Virus record (IMG/VR): IMGVR_UViG_3300005526_000003
Span: 1 to 50,056 of that record
Length of the DNA stretch: 50,056 nt
Direction: 5' to 3' (one strand)
DNA from: a virus
Taxonomy: Duplodnaviria; Caudoviricetes
A program made the position numbers and the translations under genes. This document shows, one piece after another, positions 34,285 to 43,428 of the stretch (its first letter is position 1; every line of letters starts with the position of its first letter). Under the pieces are notes generated by a model, which saw nothing but the letters and a program-made list of their open reading frames with translations, was not told the DNA's origin and searched no databases.

Positions 34285-35009
34285 GCTCCGAACCTCCGCC
34301 GATTGAAGAGCCGCTGATCCGGCTGGGGCAGGATCGAAGTATCCTGCTCTGCATCCCACTCCTCCAGGGCTTGGAGGTAATAGGCCGCCATCCCGTCGCA
34401 GCGGGAGATGATCTCCGGGGACTGCCCTTGGCAGATCTCCTTCGACAGTCCCCACTCGAGAGTCAGCGCCCACTCGACCGGGAAGTTCATCTTATCCGTG
34501 ATCCCAACAAAGTTAGTCACCTGATTCCTGAACACCAGATGCAGGGTCCCCGTCGCTTCGTTCGCGTCCGGGACTAGCCAGCAGTTCACGTTGAGGCTGT
34601 ACTGCTGAGGGTCCACGAAGATCTGGGTGATCGGGCCCTGCTGGGTTGTTACCGAGAGCTGATCCCATTGCTGGCGGGAGATCTTGAATACTGGCCTGCG
34701 GGTCGAGCCCTGGCCGGCCGCGTACAGGTAATACTGGTCCTCCACCTGCATCGGCCTCGGCATCACCACTGTTCCGCTTGGGCCGAAGGTGTAGAGTCCC
34801 TGACCAGCGGCCAGTGTTACTGAGGTGTCCTGGAGGAGCCATAGGCGGATGCCTCTAGTCTGAATGAAATTGATTAGCTGGTTGAGCGTCCGAGAGTGTC
34901 GGGCGATCTCCTCCGAGTCGGGGTCGTCCCCAGCGGGGAGGAGACAGGCCTTACTCATCGCACCGCTTATAATCGAATAGCCGGTGTTGTCTGTCGCTGG
35001 TGTAGTCAT
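34281..35009 (-). CDS. P22 gp4-like head-tail adaptor
   Basis: IISGAM…G..P..E…LNQL…FPVEW..L.WGL pattern; position. Confidence 0.7.
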   Translation of the reverse strand: MTTPATDNTGYSIISGAMSKACLLPAGDDPDSEEIARHSRTLNQLINFIQTRGIRLWLLQDTSVTLAAGQGLYTFGPSGTVVMPRPMQVEDQYYLYAAGQGSTRRPVFKISRQQWDQLSVTTQQGPITQIFVDPQQYSLNVNCWLVPDANEATGTLHLVFRNQVTNFVGITDKMNFPVEWALTLEWGLSKEICQGQSPEIISRCDGMAAYYLQALEEWDAEQDTSILPQPDQRLFNRRRFGA

Positions 35010-35392
35010 TGCTTGTCGAAGTCCAATAGAATCATGAAACACTTCGGAAGCGGACCCTCCAACACCCTGCAACCGGAGAGGTACAGTATCCCCCTCCAGT
35101 TCTTCTCCATGCGGGGTGAGGGAAGGCCCTCGTCGAATCGCATAGCATTCCGGCTTTCCAGGGGGAACATCAGATCGGCCTCCGATTCCGGCTTATTCCA
35201 CCAGAGTTTGAAGGTCATCTTCTCCTGAATCGCCCACACCGCCCCGTCCAGCCGAACTCCCTTCCAGCCAGTCGCCGGCGTTTGCAGCTTCGAGAGGTCG
35301 AGGATCGGGGTCGGGTCGAAGTCCACCTTCACAATTCCCTTGATGAGGATGGAGAAGTTCTTCTGCCCGTCCTTGATTACCTCGACCAACAT
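35006..35392 (-). CDS. Virion-module hypothetical protein
   Basis: Coupled within the operon. Confidence 0.65.
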   Translation of the reverse strand: MLVEVIKDGQKNFSILIKGIVKVDFDPTPILDLSKLQTPATGWKGVRLDGAVWAIQEKMTFKLWWNKPESEADLMFPLESRNAMRFDEGLPSPRMEKNWRGILYLSGCRVLEGPLPKCFMILLDFDKQ

Positions 35393-35393
35393 C

Positions 35394-36173
35394 CTAGCGC
35401 TCCTTCATCGCAGCGTGGAAGTCGACCGTCATGGTCTTAACCGCTGCCGCCCCGGTCTGCACTCCCAGTGTCGGGGACAGATTGGCGGTGGTGAGGGTTA
35501 GGCCCGTTACCTGCAGCACTCGCCCCCGAGTGGGAAGCGTGGCGCCAGTTCCGCTTTGTGGAACATAGCCCACCATGCTGGGACTGCAGAACACGTTCAG
35601 GTTCCCATACCAGTCAACGTAGAACCCGAGGTCGATGTTCACAGCATTCGTCAGCGTATAGGCCGAGGTCGGAACCGCGGTTGTGACAGCGGTGCTGCTG
35701 ACTACACTAACAATATTCAGCACCGTCCCACCGCTCGCCTTCGTGAAGTAGATGCCATCCGCGATGGCGGTAAAGGGAGTGGTGGTGATGTTAGTCAAGC
35801 CGGCGATGAATGCTGAGTTCGTCACATCACTCAGCTGAAGGCGGGTGATGTAGAAGAGCTTCTTCCCCGCCAGCGTTCCCTGGGGGAGGGTGAAGTCAGC
35901 TGCGGGCAGCTGAATCGACTCGTAGTTACCCGAGGCGCCAGCCGTGGTGAAGAGTGCCAGTCCTCCATCCCCTGCCGAGTGCGCCACCGTCCCGGCACCG
36001 CCAGCCGATACTGTGTAGAGGCCCGAGACGCCGAGCGCATAATCGAAATCGTCTGCAAACATGTGGTAGAAGAAAGGGTTCCCGAATCCGCAATCGGCCA
36101 GTGGCCCATACGGCCAATCTGTGGTGAAGCCGGCTTGACCGCGGGCGGGCGTTGGGGAGCGTGGAACTGGCAT
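35394..36173 (-). CDS. Beta-rich virion protein (possible decoration)
   Basis: AGGAG RBS; follows the MCP. Confidence 0.7.
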   Translation of the reverse strand: MPVPRSPTPARGQAGFTTDWPYGPLADCGFGNPFFYHMFADDFDYALGVSGLYTVSAGGAGTVAHSAGDGGLALFTTAGASGNYESIQLPAADFTLPQGTLAGKKLFYITRLQLSDVTNSAFIAGLTNITTTPFTAIADGIYFTKASGGTVLNIVSVVSSTAVTTAVPTSAYTLTNAVNIDLGFYVDWYGNLNVFCSPSMVGYVPQSGTGATLPTRGRVLQVTGLTLTTANLSPTLGVQTGAAAVKTMTVDFHAAMKER

Positions 36174-36197
36174 AGTTGTCTCCTGATAGACGGAGGA

Positions 36198-36238
36198 TTA
36201 TGTGGGTGAATAACACATCATGTTATCCACCCACATAA
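36198..36238. promoter_or_regulatory. Palindrome copy 4 (36210-36226) in a long hairpin just downstream of the MCP gene
   Basis: ttatgtgggtg-a-ATAACA-CATCA-TGTTAT-c-cacccacataa. Confidence 0.75.
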
Positions 36239-36250
36239 CCGTGAGCCTGA

Positions 36251-37171
36251 TTACGGCCCGTTATTACCAAAGATCGAACGCGGGTCCGTAGCGCCCACGC
36301 TCAACCTCATATACGACCTCGCCTTCAGATTCATCGTGTCGAAGTCGTTATCCTGGGCAAAGCCAGGCTTCTCTCTCCAGTAGAACTTCAACCCCTCCGG
36401 ACAGTTGGTTCGGACGAACCAAGCGTGGGCGGCGGTAAAGTAGTGGTTCATCTTGATCCCGCCGGGGAAGGCATTCGTCGCCTTCAGCACGTTAATGTCG
36501 TTGTTAGCCGTGCCGGGCTGCAGCACACTCTTCAGAATGCGGTGTGCATTAAACCACTCTTGCCGGGGGATGTGGAGGGACGTTGGCATGATATTGACCA
36601 GCAGCCCACGGTCGTTCTGCACGCCCATGATCTGGATGACCATATCCTCCAGCGTAGACTCCGACAGGTCCCCAGTCGGACTGGCGGCGTTGCTGTAGGT
36701 GCCGCCAGTCGTATTAGGGTGGGCCGTATTACACAGACTCACCCCATCTCCCCCCAGAAAGAACGTTCCGGTGAACGCATCATTGTAGGGAACCACCGCC
36801 ACATTCTCAATCGTCTGCACCATGGAGAATGCATTCGACTTCGCCCGCCTCGTCGAGACCGTCTCGTAGAGGTTATCCGACAACTCCTCGTAGGTCACCT
36901 TATAGCCGAGGAAGTACGCCAGATGGGTGTAGCGAGTAACGGGTCCCTGAGTCTCGTAATCAAAGTACCCTGTCGCACCCTCCCCCTTGAATTGCGCGAG
37001 TCCGAAAGGCGTGACCTGCACGTCTTCCTCCCACGCCTGGGTCGAACTATCCACATCGTAGAGGTCAGGGAATTCATCCGGGTGCTCCGAATATACCTGC
37101 CCCCACACCGCCTTGATGCCGGGCCACAGTAGTTTTGGGTGGCTGCCAGTAGTGATAACGCCGCCTGCCAT
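36251..37171 (-). CDS. Major capsid protein (gpT-like/HK97 fold)
   Basis: LWPG…G.A..K.EG…Y.H..Y.LG..VT.E…GGDGVSL…AHP…AWF…DFDT pattern; AAGGAG RBS. Confidence 0.9.
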   Translation of the reverse strand: MAGGVITTGSHPKLLWPGIKAVWGQVYSEHPDEFPDLYDVDSSTQAWEEDVQVTPFGLAQFKGEGATGYFDYETQGPVTRYTHLAYFLGYKVTYEELSDNLYETVSTRRAKSNAFSMVQTIENVAVVPYNDAFTGTFFLGGDGVSLCNTAHPNTTGGTYSNAASPTGDLSESTLEDMVIQIMGVQNDRGLLVNIMPTSLHIPRQEWFNAHRILKSVLQPGTANNDINVLKATNAFPGGIKMNHYFTAAHAWFVRTNCPEGLKFYWREKPGFAQDNDFDTMNLKARSYMRLSVGATDPRSIFGNNGP

Positions 37172-37183
37172 TTGGATTCTCCT

Positions 37184-37810
37184 TTAGACGCCAACAGGAC
37201 GTGAAACATAGGCGTGGTTCTGGAAAACGCACCACCACCTCTGCCACGCTCCCGGCGCATTATCGATACTCTGCTTCAGCCCCAGCAACCTCATGTTGAA
37301 GGTGATGGTTGTGGCAGCGGCAGTCCCGTTGTCAATGAAAGCTCCACTCAACCACCCCGGCGCCACCGCAGCGTTGATGCCGAAGTTGGCATTCTTCCCT
37401 GCGGCCGTCTGAGTGAAGTTGGTTCCCGCCCCACCGGAGGCCTGCTCCTGCGCCTCGAAGACGATATTCGGGTCGTCTGCGATCAGGGCGTACCAGTCGG
37501 CGCTCTGCGCGGCCGCTGGCCTATGCAGGATGGTGTTGAGCTGAGTCGGATCCACCCAGGGACCCATGCCCCTCTTGGTCGTGCTCAGCCCCAGCACAAC
37601 CCCCACACTCGCCACGCCGGCTGAGCCGATGGTGATACAGGGATAGTAGAACGATGAGTCAGCCCCCGCCAACTGCGCCACCGGGTCTCCCACCTGGAAG
37701 GCATTGGTGTTCGCTGCAGGGATTGTGTAAATACGGCCTCGACCGTCCCAGTCCGCTCCGTTCAGATAACCGACTGGCGTGAAGCCGTTTAGCTTGTTGG
37801 CATTTGCCAT
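37184..37810 (-). CDS. Putative capsid accessory/decoration protein
   Basis: Immediately upstream of MCP; MAN…GFTP…GDPV…DDPN.VFE. Confidence 0.6.
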   Translation of the reverse strand: MANANKLNGFTPVGYLNGADWDGRGRIYTIPAANTNAFQVGDPVAQLAGADSSFYYPCITIGSAGVASVGVVLGLSTTKRGMGPWVDPTQLNTILHRPAAAQSADWYALIADDPNIVFEAQEQASGGAGTNFTQTAAGKNANFGINAAVAPGWLSGAFIDNGTAAATTITFNMRLLGLKQSIDNAPGAWQRWWCVFQNHAYVSRPVGV

Positions 37811-37838
37811 TTGTCAAACTCCACGGTTAGTTAAAGGA

Positions 37839-38492
37839 CTATTTATCTACCTTACGGAAGCGGCCATTACTCATGTCGATCACGGCCTCACGCGTATACC
37901 TCTGGGAATAATCTGCCTGTGATTCTTCAGGCGCCATTATTGGAGCCTTCTTATGGAAAATCTGTTGGATGATGGAGAGGTTTCGCTCGGCGATTTTGCG
38001 CTGTTCTGCGAAGTACCACTCCAGGCGAATCTTCATAAGGACGAGCTGCTCAGGCTGGCCCATCTCATTCGTCCCTCCAATCTGGGAGACGCGGGCACCG
38101 CCGAGGTCCTCTGTTGTATTACCAGCAGTTCTCCCACCGATAGATCGATCGACGGTGGGGACCTCCTCTGGCGTGACGAACTCATACCAGCCCGCCAGCG
38201 CCCGAGGGATGTTCCTCTCCAGAAACCAGTGCATGTGATAGCCCGGTAGCGGGGGTACCTCCAGCCGGCGGGTGGGTGCATTCAGCGACATCCGAGGCCC
38301 GCGCTCTCGGAGCATCTTCTCCGCATAGCTATCCGCAGGGTTGTTGTTCTCGGAGATCTGCTCCGCCTGTTTCTCCTCCGCCCCCTTCGTCGCGGGGGAG
38401 GCTGGCGCCTTCTGCGCCAGATTCACATCCAGTGCCGTCACCGCTCCCTTCGGAGCGGGTGGGAGGGGTGGAAGCCCCGCGTTGCTGCTCAT
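37839..38492 (-). CDS. Head-module hypothetical protein
   Basis: PPLPGYHMHW…GWYEFV…LVLMKI; GAGGAG RBS. Confidence 0.65.
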   Translation of the reverse strand: MSSNAGLPPLPPAPKGAVTALDVNLAQKAPASPATKGAEEKQAEQISENNNPADSYAEKMLRERGPRMSLNAPTRRLEVPPLPGYHMHWFLERNIPRALAGWYEFVTPEEVPTVDRSIGGRTAGNTTEDLGGARVSQIGGTNEMGQPEQLVLMKIRLEWYFAEQRKIAERNLSIIQQIFHKKAPIMAPEESQADYSQRYTREAVIDMSNGRFRKVDK

Positions 38493-38493
38493 G

Positions 38494-39411
38494 TCATTCT
38501 CCTCGTCGCTGCTCCGCGGTTATCGCGGAGGGACCATTATATTCAGTGACAAAATGTTTCCGCCAGGCGGCTTGATCTTTAAACGCTTTGTTAGTACCTA
38601 CGAATTTCGCCTCTTGTTCATCGCACTTCGCCCGGGCCTCAGGCGGTAGGTCGGCGTAGCCTCGCCCGGAGGGGCGGCCCCCTCCCCTTCCTTCCGACCT
38701 GCTCTCCTCCGTCTTCGGAGGCGCCTGCCGGCGGCTGTTCCCACCCAGTGTCTTCTCCACTTCTTCCCTCGCCTCGTTCAGAAGGGCAGTGCCCTCCACA
38801 TCCCCCACCCTCGCATCCCCAGCCTGCCGTCTCTCCAGCATCACCGCGTTGAAGAGCGCCACCTTTCTTGTATTCTTAAAGAAGTCATCATTCGTCTCAA
38901 TGAACTCCTTCACCCAGGGTTGGATGGCAGGCTGCTGCTGCCCGTTCGGCTTCGTCTCCTGCTTAACTGGCTCAGGTTTCTTCACAACCTCCCCCAGCTC
39001 GTTCTGCAGCTCCGCCACCCTCACATCATCGCCCGCCTCTCGAGCAGTCTTCAGCTCCTGGCCAATCTCTACCTTCCTCCGCTCCGTTCTTTCCTTCGCC
39101 ATGTCGGCGTTGAAGGTCTTAACTTCCTCCACCGACGCTCGGGTGGCGGCGAGGTCGGCCTCTAGCCTCTGTCTCGCCTGCCTCTCCGCATCCAGCGCCG
39201 CCTGCAGTTTCTTCCTATCGTGCTGGAGAAAGGGGATGAAGGTCTCCCCCTTCTTCACGAACTCAGCCGCGTCCACCCAATTCTCCGGCCTTCCCTTCCA
39301 CTGTTCCTTGGGCTGCCAGCCCATCCCCCGAGCCTCACGCTCGGTGTTCTCGGAGGACCTTTCTTCTCCACCACTCTCAGTGCTCTCAGTCGATGTAGTT
39401 TCGTCAGTCAT
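38494..39411 (-). CDS. Scaffolding protein
   Basis: Charged coiled coil with EARGMGWQPKEQWKG; lies between portal and MCP. Confidence 0.75.
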   Translation of the reverse strand: MTDETTSTESTESGGEERSSENTEREARGMGWQPKEQWKGRPENWVDAAEFVKKGETFIPFLQHDRKKLQAALDAERQARQRLEADLAATRASVEEVKTFNADMAKERTERRKVEIGQELKTAREAGDDVRVAELQNELGEVVKKPEPVKQETKPNGQQQPAIQPWVKEFIETNDDFFKNTRKVALFNAVMLERRQAGDARVGDVEGTALLNEAREEVEKTLGGNSRRQAPPKTEESRSEGRGGGRPSGRGYADLPPEARAKCDEQEAKFVGTNKAFKDQAAWRKHFVTEYNGPSAITAEQRRGE

Positions 39412-39727
39412 GTTTCTCTTCCTTCACCGCATAGATGGCGTGGTCCGGGATCATTCGATAGATGAATCCATCCGACCCTGGCAGCACTCCACCTGAAAAG
39501 CGGGTTATCAATACTTTATCCCCGACCTTCGCCCGGGGCGTCTCCAGCGGTCCATTCCAGCAATCCGGGCCAATCTCTACTACTAATCCTTGCGTATCGC
39601 AGGTGGCTGAACTCATCGCCACCTCCGCTGTTACTTGGATGAGGGATTGCTTCTCCGCCAGTTCAAACGCTCTAAGCAGCACGGCCTTTCCTACTGGTCG
39701 ATATCCCGAGTTGTTCTCTACCTTCAC
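39404..39727 (-). CDS. GroES-like co-chaperonin
   Basis: RPVGKAVLL…G.VVEIGP…AKVGDKVLI.RFSG…YRMI.D..I.AV. Confidence 0.75.
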   Translation of the reverse strand: MKVENNSGYRPVGKAVLLRAFELAEKQSLIQVTAEVAMSSATCDTQGLVVEIGPDCWNGPLETPRAKVGDKVLITRFSGGVLPGSDGFIYRMIPDHAIYAVKEEKHD

Positions 39728-39959
39728 TTCTTTCCTCCTCATTCAGCTCATCTGCATCTATATCGATTATCTCTTGCAGCGTCCTCAGTGCAGTAACAGC
39801 GCTGGTATTGGCAGCGGTGCAGACGTTCGGGTTCTCACTGTTGAACCTCCCCTCCGCCCACTGCTCCTTCAGCTCCGTTACCCTTCGGTGCAGGTAGTGC
39901 CAGAGCGCCCTTCCCGCCGGCGTTGCTTTCATCTCCACCAGCTCTTCCTGATTTATCAT
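39672..39959 (-). CDS. Small head-module protein overlapping the portal 3' end
   Basis: Helical ORF between portal and the GroES-like gene; start uncertain. Confidence 0.55.
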   Translation of the reverse strand: MINQEELVEMKATPAGRALWHYLHRRVTELKEQWAEGRFNSENPNVCTAANTSAVTALRTLQEIIDIDADELNEEERSEGREQLGISTSRKGRAA

Positions 39960-41964
39960 CGCCTTCATCTCCCATCATCGCTTCTATCCTCTGATTCATA
40001 ACCTCCCCCATGCTCGTCAGATGAGTCAGGAGAGTATCGAATATTTCAATCTGGGTGGCGGCTTTCTGTGCCCCGATATCCGCAATCAGCTTCGCTGCCT
40101 GCGCCCGGAGCAGCTCAATCTGCGCCTGGATTTCCTTCTGCTGTGCCTGCAGGGTTACGACTGTCTTCCACTTCTCATATTGCAGCTTCGCCTGCACCGC
40201 CTGCATCTTCATCTGCTCAGCTTGCATCTTAGGATTGGGTAGGGGATGCTTAGCATACCACTCGGAATAAGCACCAGGATATATCTGGGGAATGTTATCG
40301 ACGCCAAGCGTCGACAGCCAATCCTTCTCCACTTCTTCGACATTGTAGCCGGGAACCGAGTGAGCACCCTGTCGAACGAGTCCGGCCCTCTGGATGCGCA
40401 TCTGATCAGACACCATGTTGGGGTCAGCCGTCGGTACGAGCAGGTTGGGGTCCGTCTTGTAGGCCTCGCGGGCAATCCTCTCATCTCCCTCTCCAAATCG
40501 CTGGGAATCGGGGAGGAAGCGGGCGTTCAGCATGTGGAGCTTCTTCCCCTCCTCTTTCATCGATCTCCAGATTCGTTTGAAGATCGATCGGTAGATTTGC
40601 ATCCCGTTTTCGACCATTCCCTGGTAAGTCGATGCGGGAGTGTTCTGCCCAGGATTCTCTCCCACCAGCGTCTCGGTCGCCCCCGCCAGCCGATCAGCGT
40701 ACTGAATGACAAGGCTGAGCACTTGGAAGAGGACGTTGCTGATGGGGATCTCGGGCCAGCTGACGAGCGACTTTCGAATGTCATCAGCGGCTCCCTTGAT
40801 GATCTTATATTCGCCTGGCGTCCTCGTGTAGACGCCCGACTTCATTTTAGCGCCTGTAGCAGCAAACCCACCACCCAGCATATTCGAAGTACCGGCGTCA
40901 AAAATCTGATTGATAGCCGTATCAACAGTTTCGTTGAGCGGCCCCAGAAGGACGCCGAACCCCATATCATAAACTCCTCCATCCGGAGCCGGTATGAAGC
41001 CATATTTGGTGTAAGACTCGACAGGCCTGATATAAAGTATCTCCCCCGCGTTATTAGTCTCCACATCCTCCATCCGGTCACACCTCGCCACGATTCTAAG
41101 GATCGATCGCGAAGCGGCCTCCTGAAGGCAGATATAAGGTTCGGCGTATCCGTCGCCATCCAAGTCGAGATAGCGGTGCTGCTCCAGGCAGGTGAAGGGG
41201 GTGTCTTGATCGCCCTGTAGCGCGCTCAAGCCTATCCTCTTATCATGCTCCGCCTCGTTCAGCGCATCTACTATCCCGACCCTGGCGTTCTCACTAAACC
41301 AGGCCTCGTCTGTCACATCCCGATAGATTCCTCGTTTGCAGCGTTCGTAGATCTCATTGCGATATAGCTTAATAACCTCAGTCTTACGACTGCAGGATTC
41401 AACGCTCCTGGCAAAATAATCCATGACGAGGTCCCTGGCTGGGACCAGAGTGGAAGTGTTGTGCTTATCTGCGGCAGAGAATCGAGTCTTGATGAAGGCG
41501 GTTCCAACGATAGATACGTTAATGAATAGGCGATCATGCTGCTCTTCCCACGCTTGGTCCTCTTCGATGCATTGCCAGGAGAGGTGGCGGCCCATCAGGG
41601 CGGCCTGCTGGAGGAGCTGGGGCTGCTTCCCACCGGCGACTCGATACTTATAGATCTCCGTCCCCCGGATGAGATTCGCATAGCTCCGGGTGCTGAATTG
41701 CAGCGCGGCAATACTCACCAGCGGGAAGATAATGTTCGAGCAATTCGGCCAGGGGAAGTTCTTCGCTTGCTGGATCTGCATCGCCAGGTCCATCGCAGCG
41801 TTGTTCCTCATCTCCCACTGCAGCCGGCTGGCCTTATCCTTCGTGAACCCCTCCCAGACCCAAGAGGCGATCTTCGCGAGGTCCTCCGCGCCGAAGCGCG
41901 AGGTGAGGTTCTGATCGTCGATCAGCGCCTTGTTAAAGACCAGCCTCGTGTCGAGTTCTATCAT
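39835..41964 (-). CDS. Portal protein
   Basis: 709 aa after TerL; KNFPWPNCSN, LDLDGDGYAEPYI, C-terminal Q-rich coiled coil. Confidence 0.88.
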   Translation of the reverse strand: MIELDTRLVFNKALIDDQNLTSRFGAEDLAKIASWVWEGFTKDKASRLQWEMRNNAAMDLAMQIQQAKNFPWPNCSNIIFPLVSIAALQFSTRSYANLIRGTEIYKYRVAGGKQPQLLQQAALMGRHLSWQCIEEDQAWEEQHDRLFINVSIVGTAFIKTRFSAADKHNTSTLVPARDLVMDYFARSVESCSRKTEVIKLYRNEIYERCKRGIYRDVTDEAWFSENARVGIVDALNEAEHDKRIGLSALQGDQDTPFTCLEQHRYLDLDGDGYAEPYICLQEAASRSILRIVARCDRMEDVETNNAGEILYIRPVESYTKYGFIPAPDGGVYDMGFGVLLGPLNETVDTAINQIFDAGTSNMLGGGFAATGAKMKSGVYTRTPGEYKIIKGAADDIRKSLVSWPEIPISNVLFQVLSLVIQYADRLAGATETLVGENPGQNTPASTYQGMVENGMQIYRSIFKRIWRSMKEEGKKLHMLNARFLPDSQRFGEGDERIAREAYKTDPNLLVPTADPNMVSDQMRIQRAGLVRQGAHSVPGYNVEEVEKDWLSTLGVDNIPQIYPGAYSEWYAKHPLPNPKMQAEQMKMQAVQAKLQYEKWKTVVTLQAQQKEIQAQIELLRAQAAKLIADIGAQKAATQIEIFDTLLTHLTSMGEVMNQRIEAMMGDEGDDKSGRAGGDESNAGGKGALALPAPKGNGAEGAVGGGEVQQ

Positions 41965-41967
41965 CTT

Positions 41968-43428
41968 CTAGTAGCCTGTATGAGAGTTCCGTCCACCCAC
42001 AGTGCGAGCCGCCTCCGACATCTCCCTCCACTCCAGCGCAGCTTCGCTCAGAAGGTCATCCAGCGCGAGGTCGTAGAAGTCCTCGAAGCCTCTACAGAGC
42101 AGGCTATCTGCGTCGAATTGGTCATCGAGGGTAGCTTCAGTAACACCGGTAAATCGAAGCACTTCTTGCTCCCATCCGGGATACCAGCTCGCTTCTTTAT
42201 CGACCTTGAAGCCCCCGGCGCGCGTCCTCTTCTGGAAGCTCCGCCCGCGGGTCGCCTTATCCTTCGTGCTCGGGATCTCTTTGAAGTTAATCCATACATC
42301 GCGCTTATGCATCTCCTGTCGGATCATCGGCCAGAGTGTCTGCCAGATCACCCCATCTTCCACCCAGAAGACCTCTGGCTTCCACCTCGCCTGAACGCTG
42401 AACAACTCTTCAATCAACTTCAGCGCATCCCACCGCCCCACCCTGTTATCCACCTTGTGGATCATATTATCGATGTCTTTGCCGCCCACCGTCAGCGCCG
42501 ATCGATTCGCCTTGTCCTTCGTGGAGACGGCGAAATCGGCCGCGGCGCAGTACTTCTTCAGCTTCTGCTTATCCTCCTCCGTCATTGGGAGGAGGTCTTC
42601 CTTCCGCAGATAGCCCTCGTCCGTGTCGAAGGGGTCGTTGAGGTACTCTTGGCTGTATCCGCCTGAGTCCAGTCGCTCGATGAATTCCTGGCGAATCGCC
42701 CTGAGCCGTTCCTCGGGAAACTTTTCGGGCCAGAGGATTTCGGAGAAGTCATCGAACCCGGCGTGCGCTTTGTAAAGCTTCCCCTTCCACTGGCGGATGA
42801 GATTCGCCAGAAGGGAATCTTCGTGAAGTATCGTCCCATGAACTCGGATCCTCCCTCCGTCCCTGAGGGCTTGCTTGGCGGCTCGGAAGAACCAGTGAGA
42901 GAATTTGCGGCGACGGTCTTTAGATTCCACCTGTTCATCATCTTCGAGATCATCGCCGATGATAAGGCCAGGCCGTTTCCCTCTCCATTTCCTTCCTCTA
43001 ATCTTCTGTTCTGCTCCTCGAGCCAGAATTCGAAACTGGTGTCCATCAGTACACTCCACGATGATATCGGTCTTCTGCTCCTGCAGGAAGCCCTGGATCT
43101 TAAAATCACGGCGGAGGTACTCATTTTCCCTCAGTTCCATGGCGATATCGCCTAGCCGCTCTACCGCCATCTCCTCGCTCGCCCCCATCACAATCACGTA
43201 TTCTTCGACACGGAAGCAGACGTTCGCGAGTGCGTAGTCATCTGTGAGAGCAGTCGTCTTTGCATGATTGCGTGGTGCAGCAAGAGCACACGCCGTACTG
43301 TCTGAGCAATAATACTGCCAGGCTTCTCGGTGGAAGTCGGGAGTGGGCTGGGGTGTGTCATACCGGGGACTCAGGTAGATGCCTGCGAAAGCCTCAATCA
43401 TCTCCGCCGTTAGAGAGGTGGGAGTCAT
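41968..43428 (-). CDS. terL: Terminase large subunit
   Basis: APRNHAKTT, RGRK…RPGLIIGDDLE, GTILH, YSQEY.N.P, ADFA, DDQFDA. Confidence 0.93.
   Translation of the reverse strand: MTPTSLTAEMIEAFAGIYLSPRYDTPQPTPDFHREAWQYYCSDSTACALAAPRNHAKTTALTDDYALANVCFRVEEYVIVMGASEEMAVERLGDIAMELRENEYLRRDFKIQGFLQEQKTDIIVECTDGHQFRILARGAEQKIRGRKWRGKRPGLIIGDDLEDDEQVESKDRRRKFSHWFFRAAKQALRDGGRIRVHGTILHEDSLLANLIRQWKGKLYKAHAGFDDFSEILWPEKFPEERLRAIRQEFIERLDSGGYSQEYLNDPFDTDEGYLRKEDLLPMTEEDKQKLKKYCAAADFAVSTKDKANRSALTVGGKDIDNMIHKVDNRVGRWDALKLIEELFSVQARWKPEVFWVEDGVIWQTLWPMIRQEMHKRDVWINFKEIPSTKDKATRGRSFQKRTRAGGFKVDKEASWYPGWEQEVLRFTGVTEATLDDQFDADSLLCRGFEDFYDLALDDLLSEAALEWREMSEAARTVGGRNSHTGY

Noticed and set aside
32797-35072. 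Longer starts for the gp10-like (34473) and gp4-like (35072) ORFs
   Set aside because: They overlap upstream genes; coupled starts at 34284 and 35009 fit better
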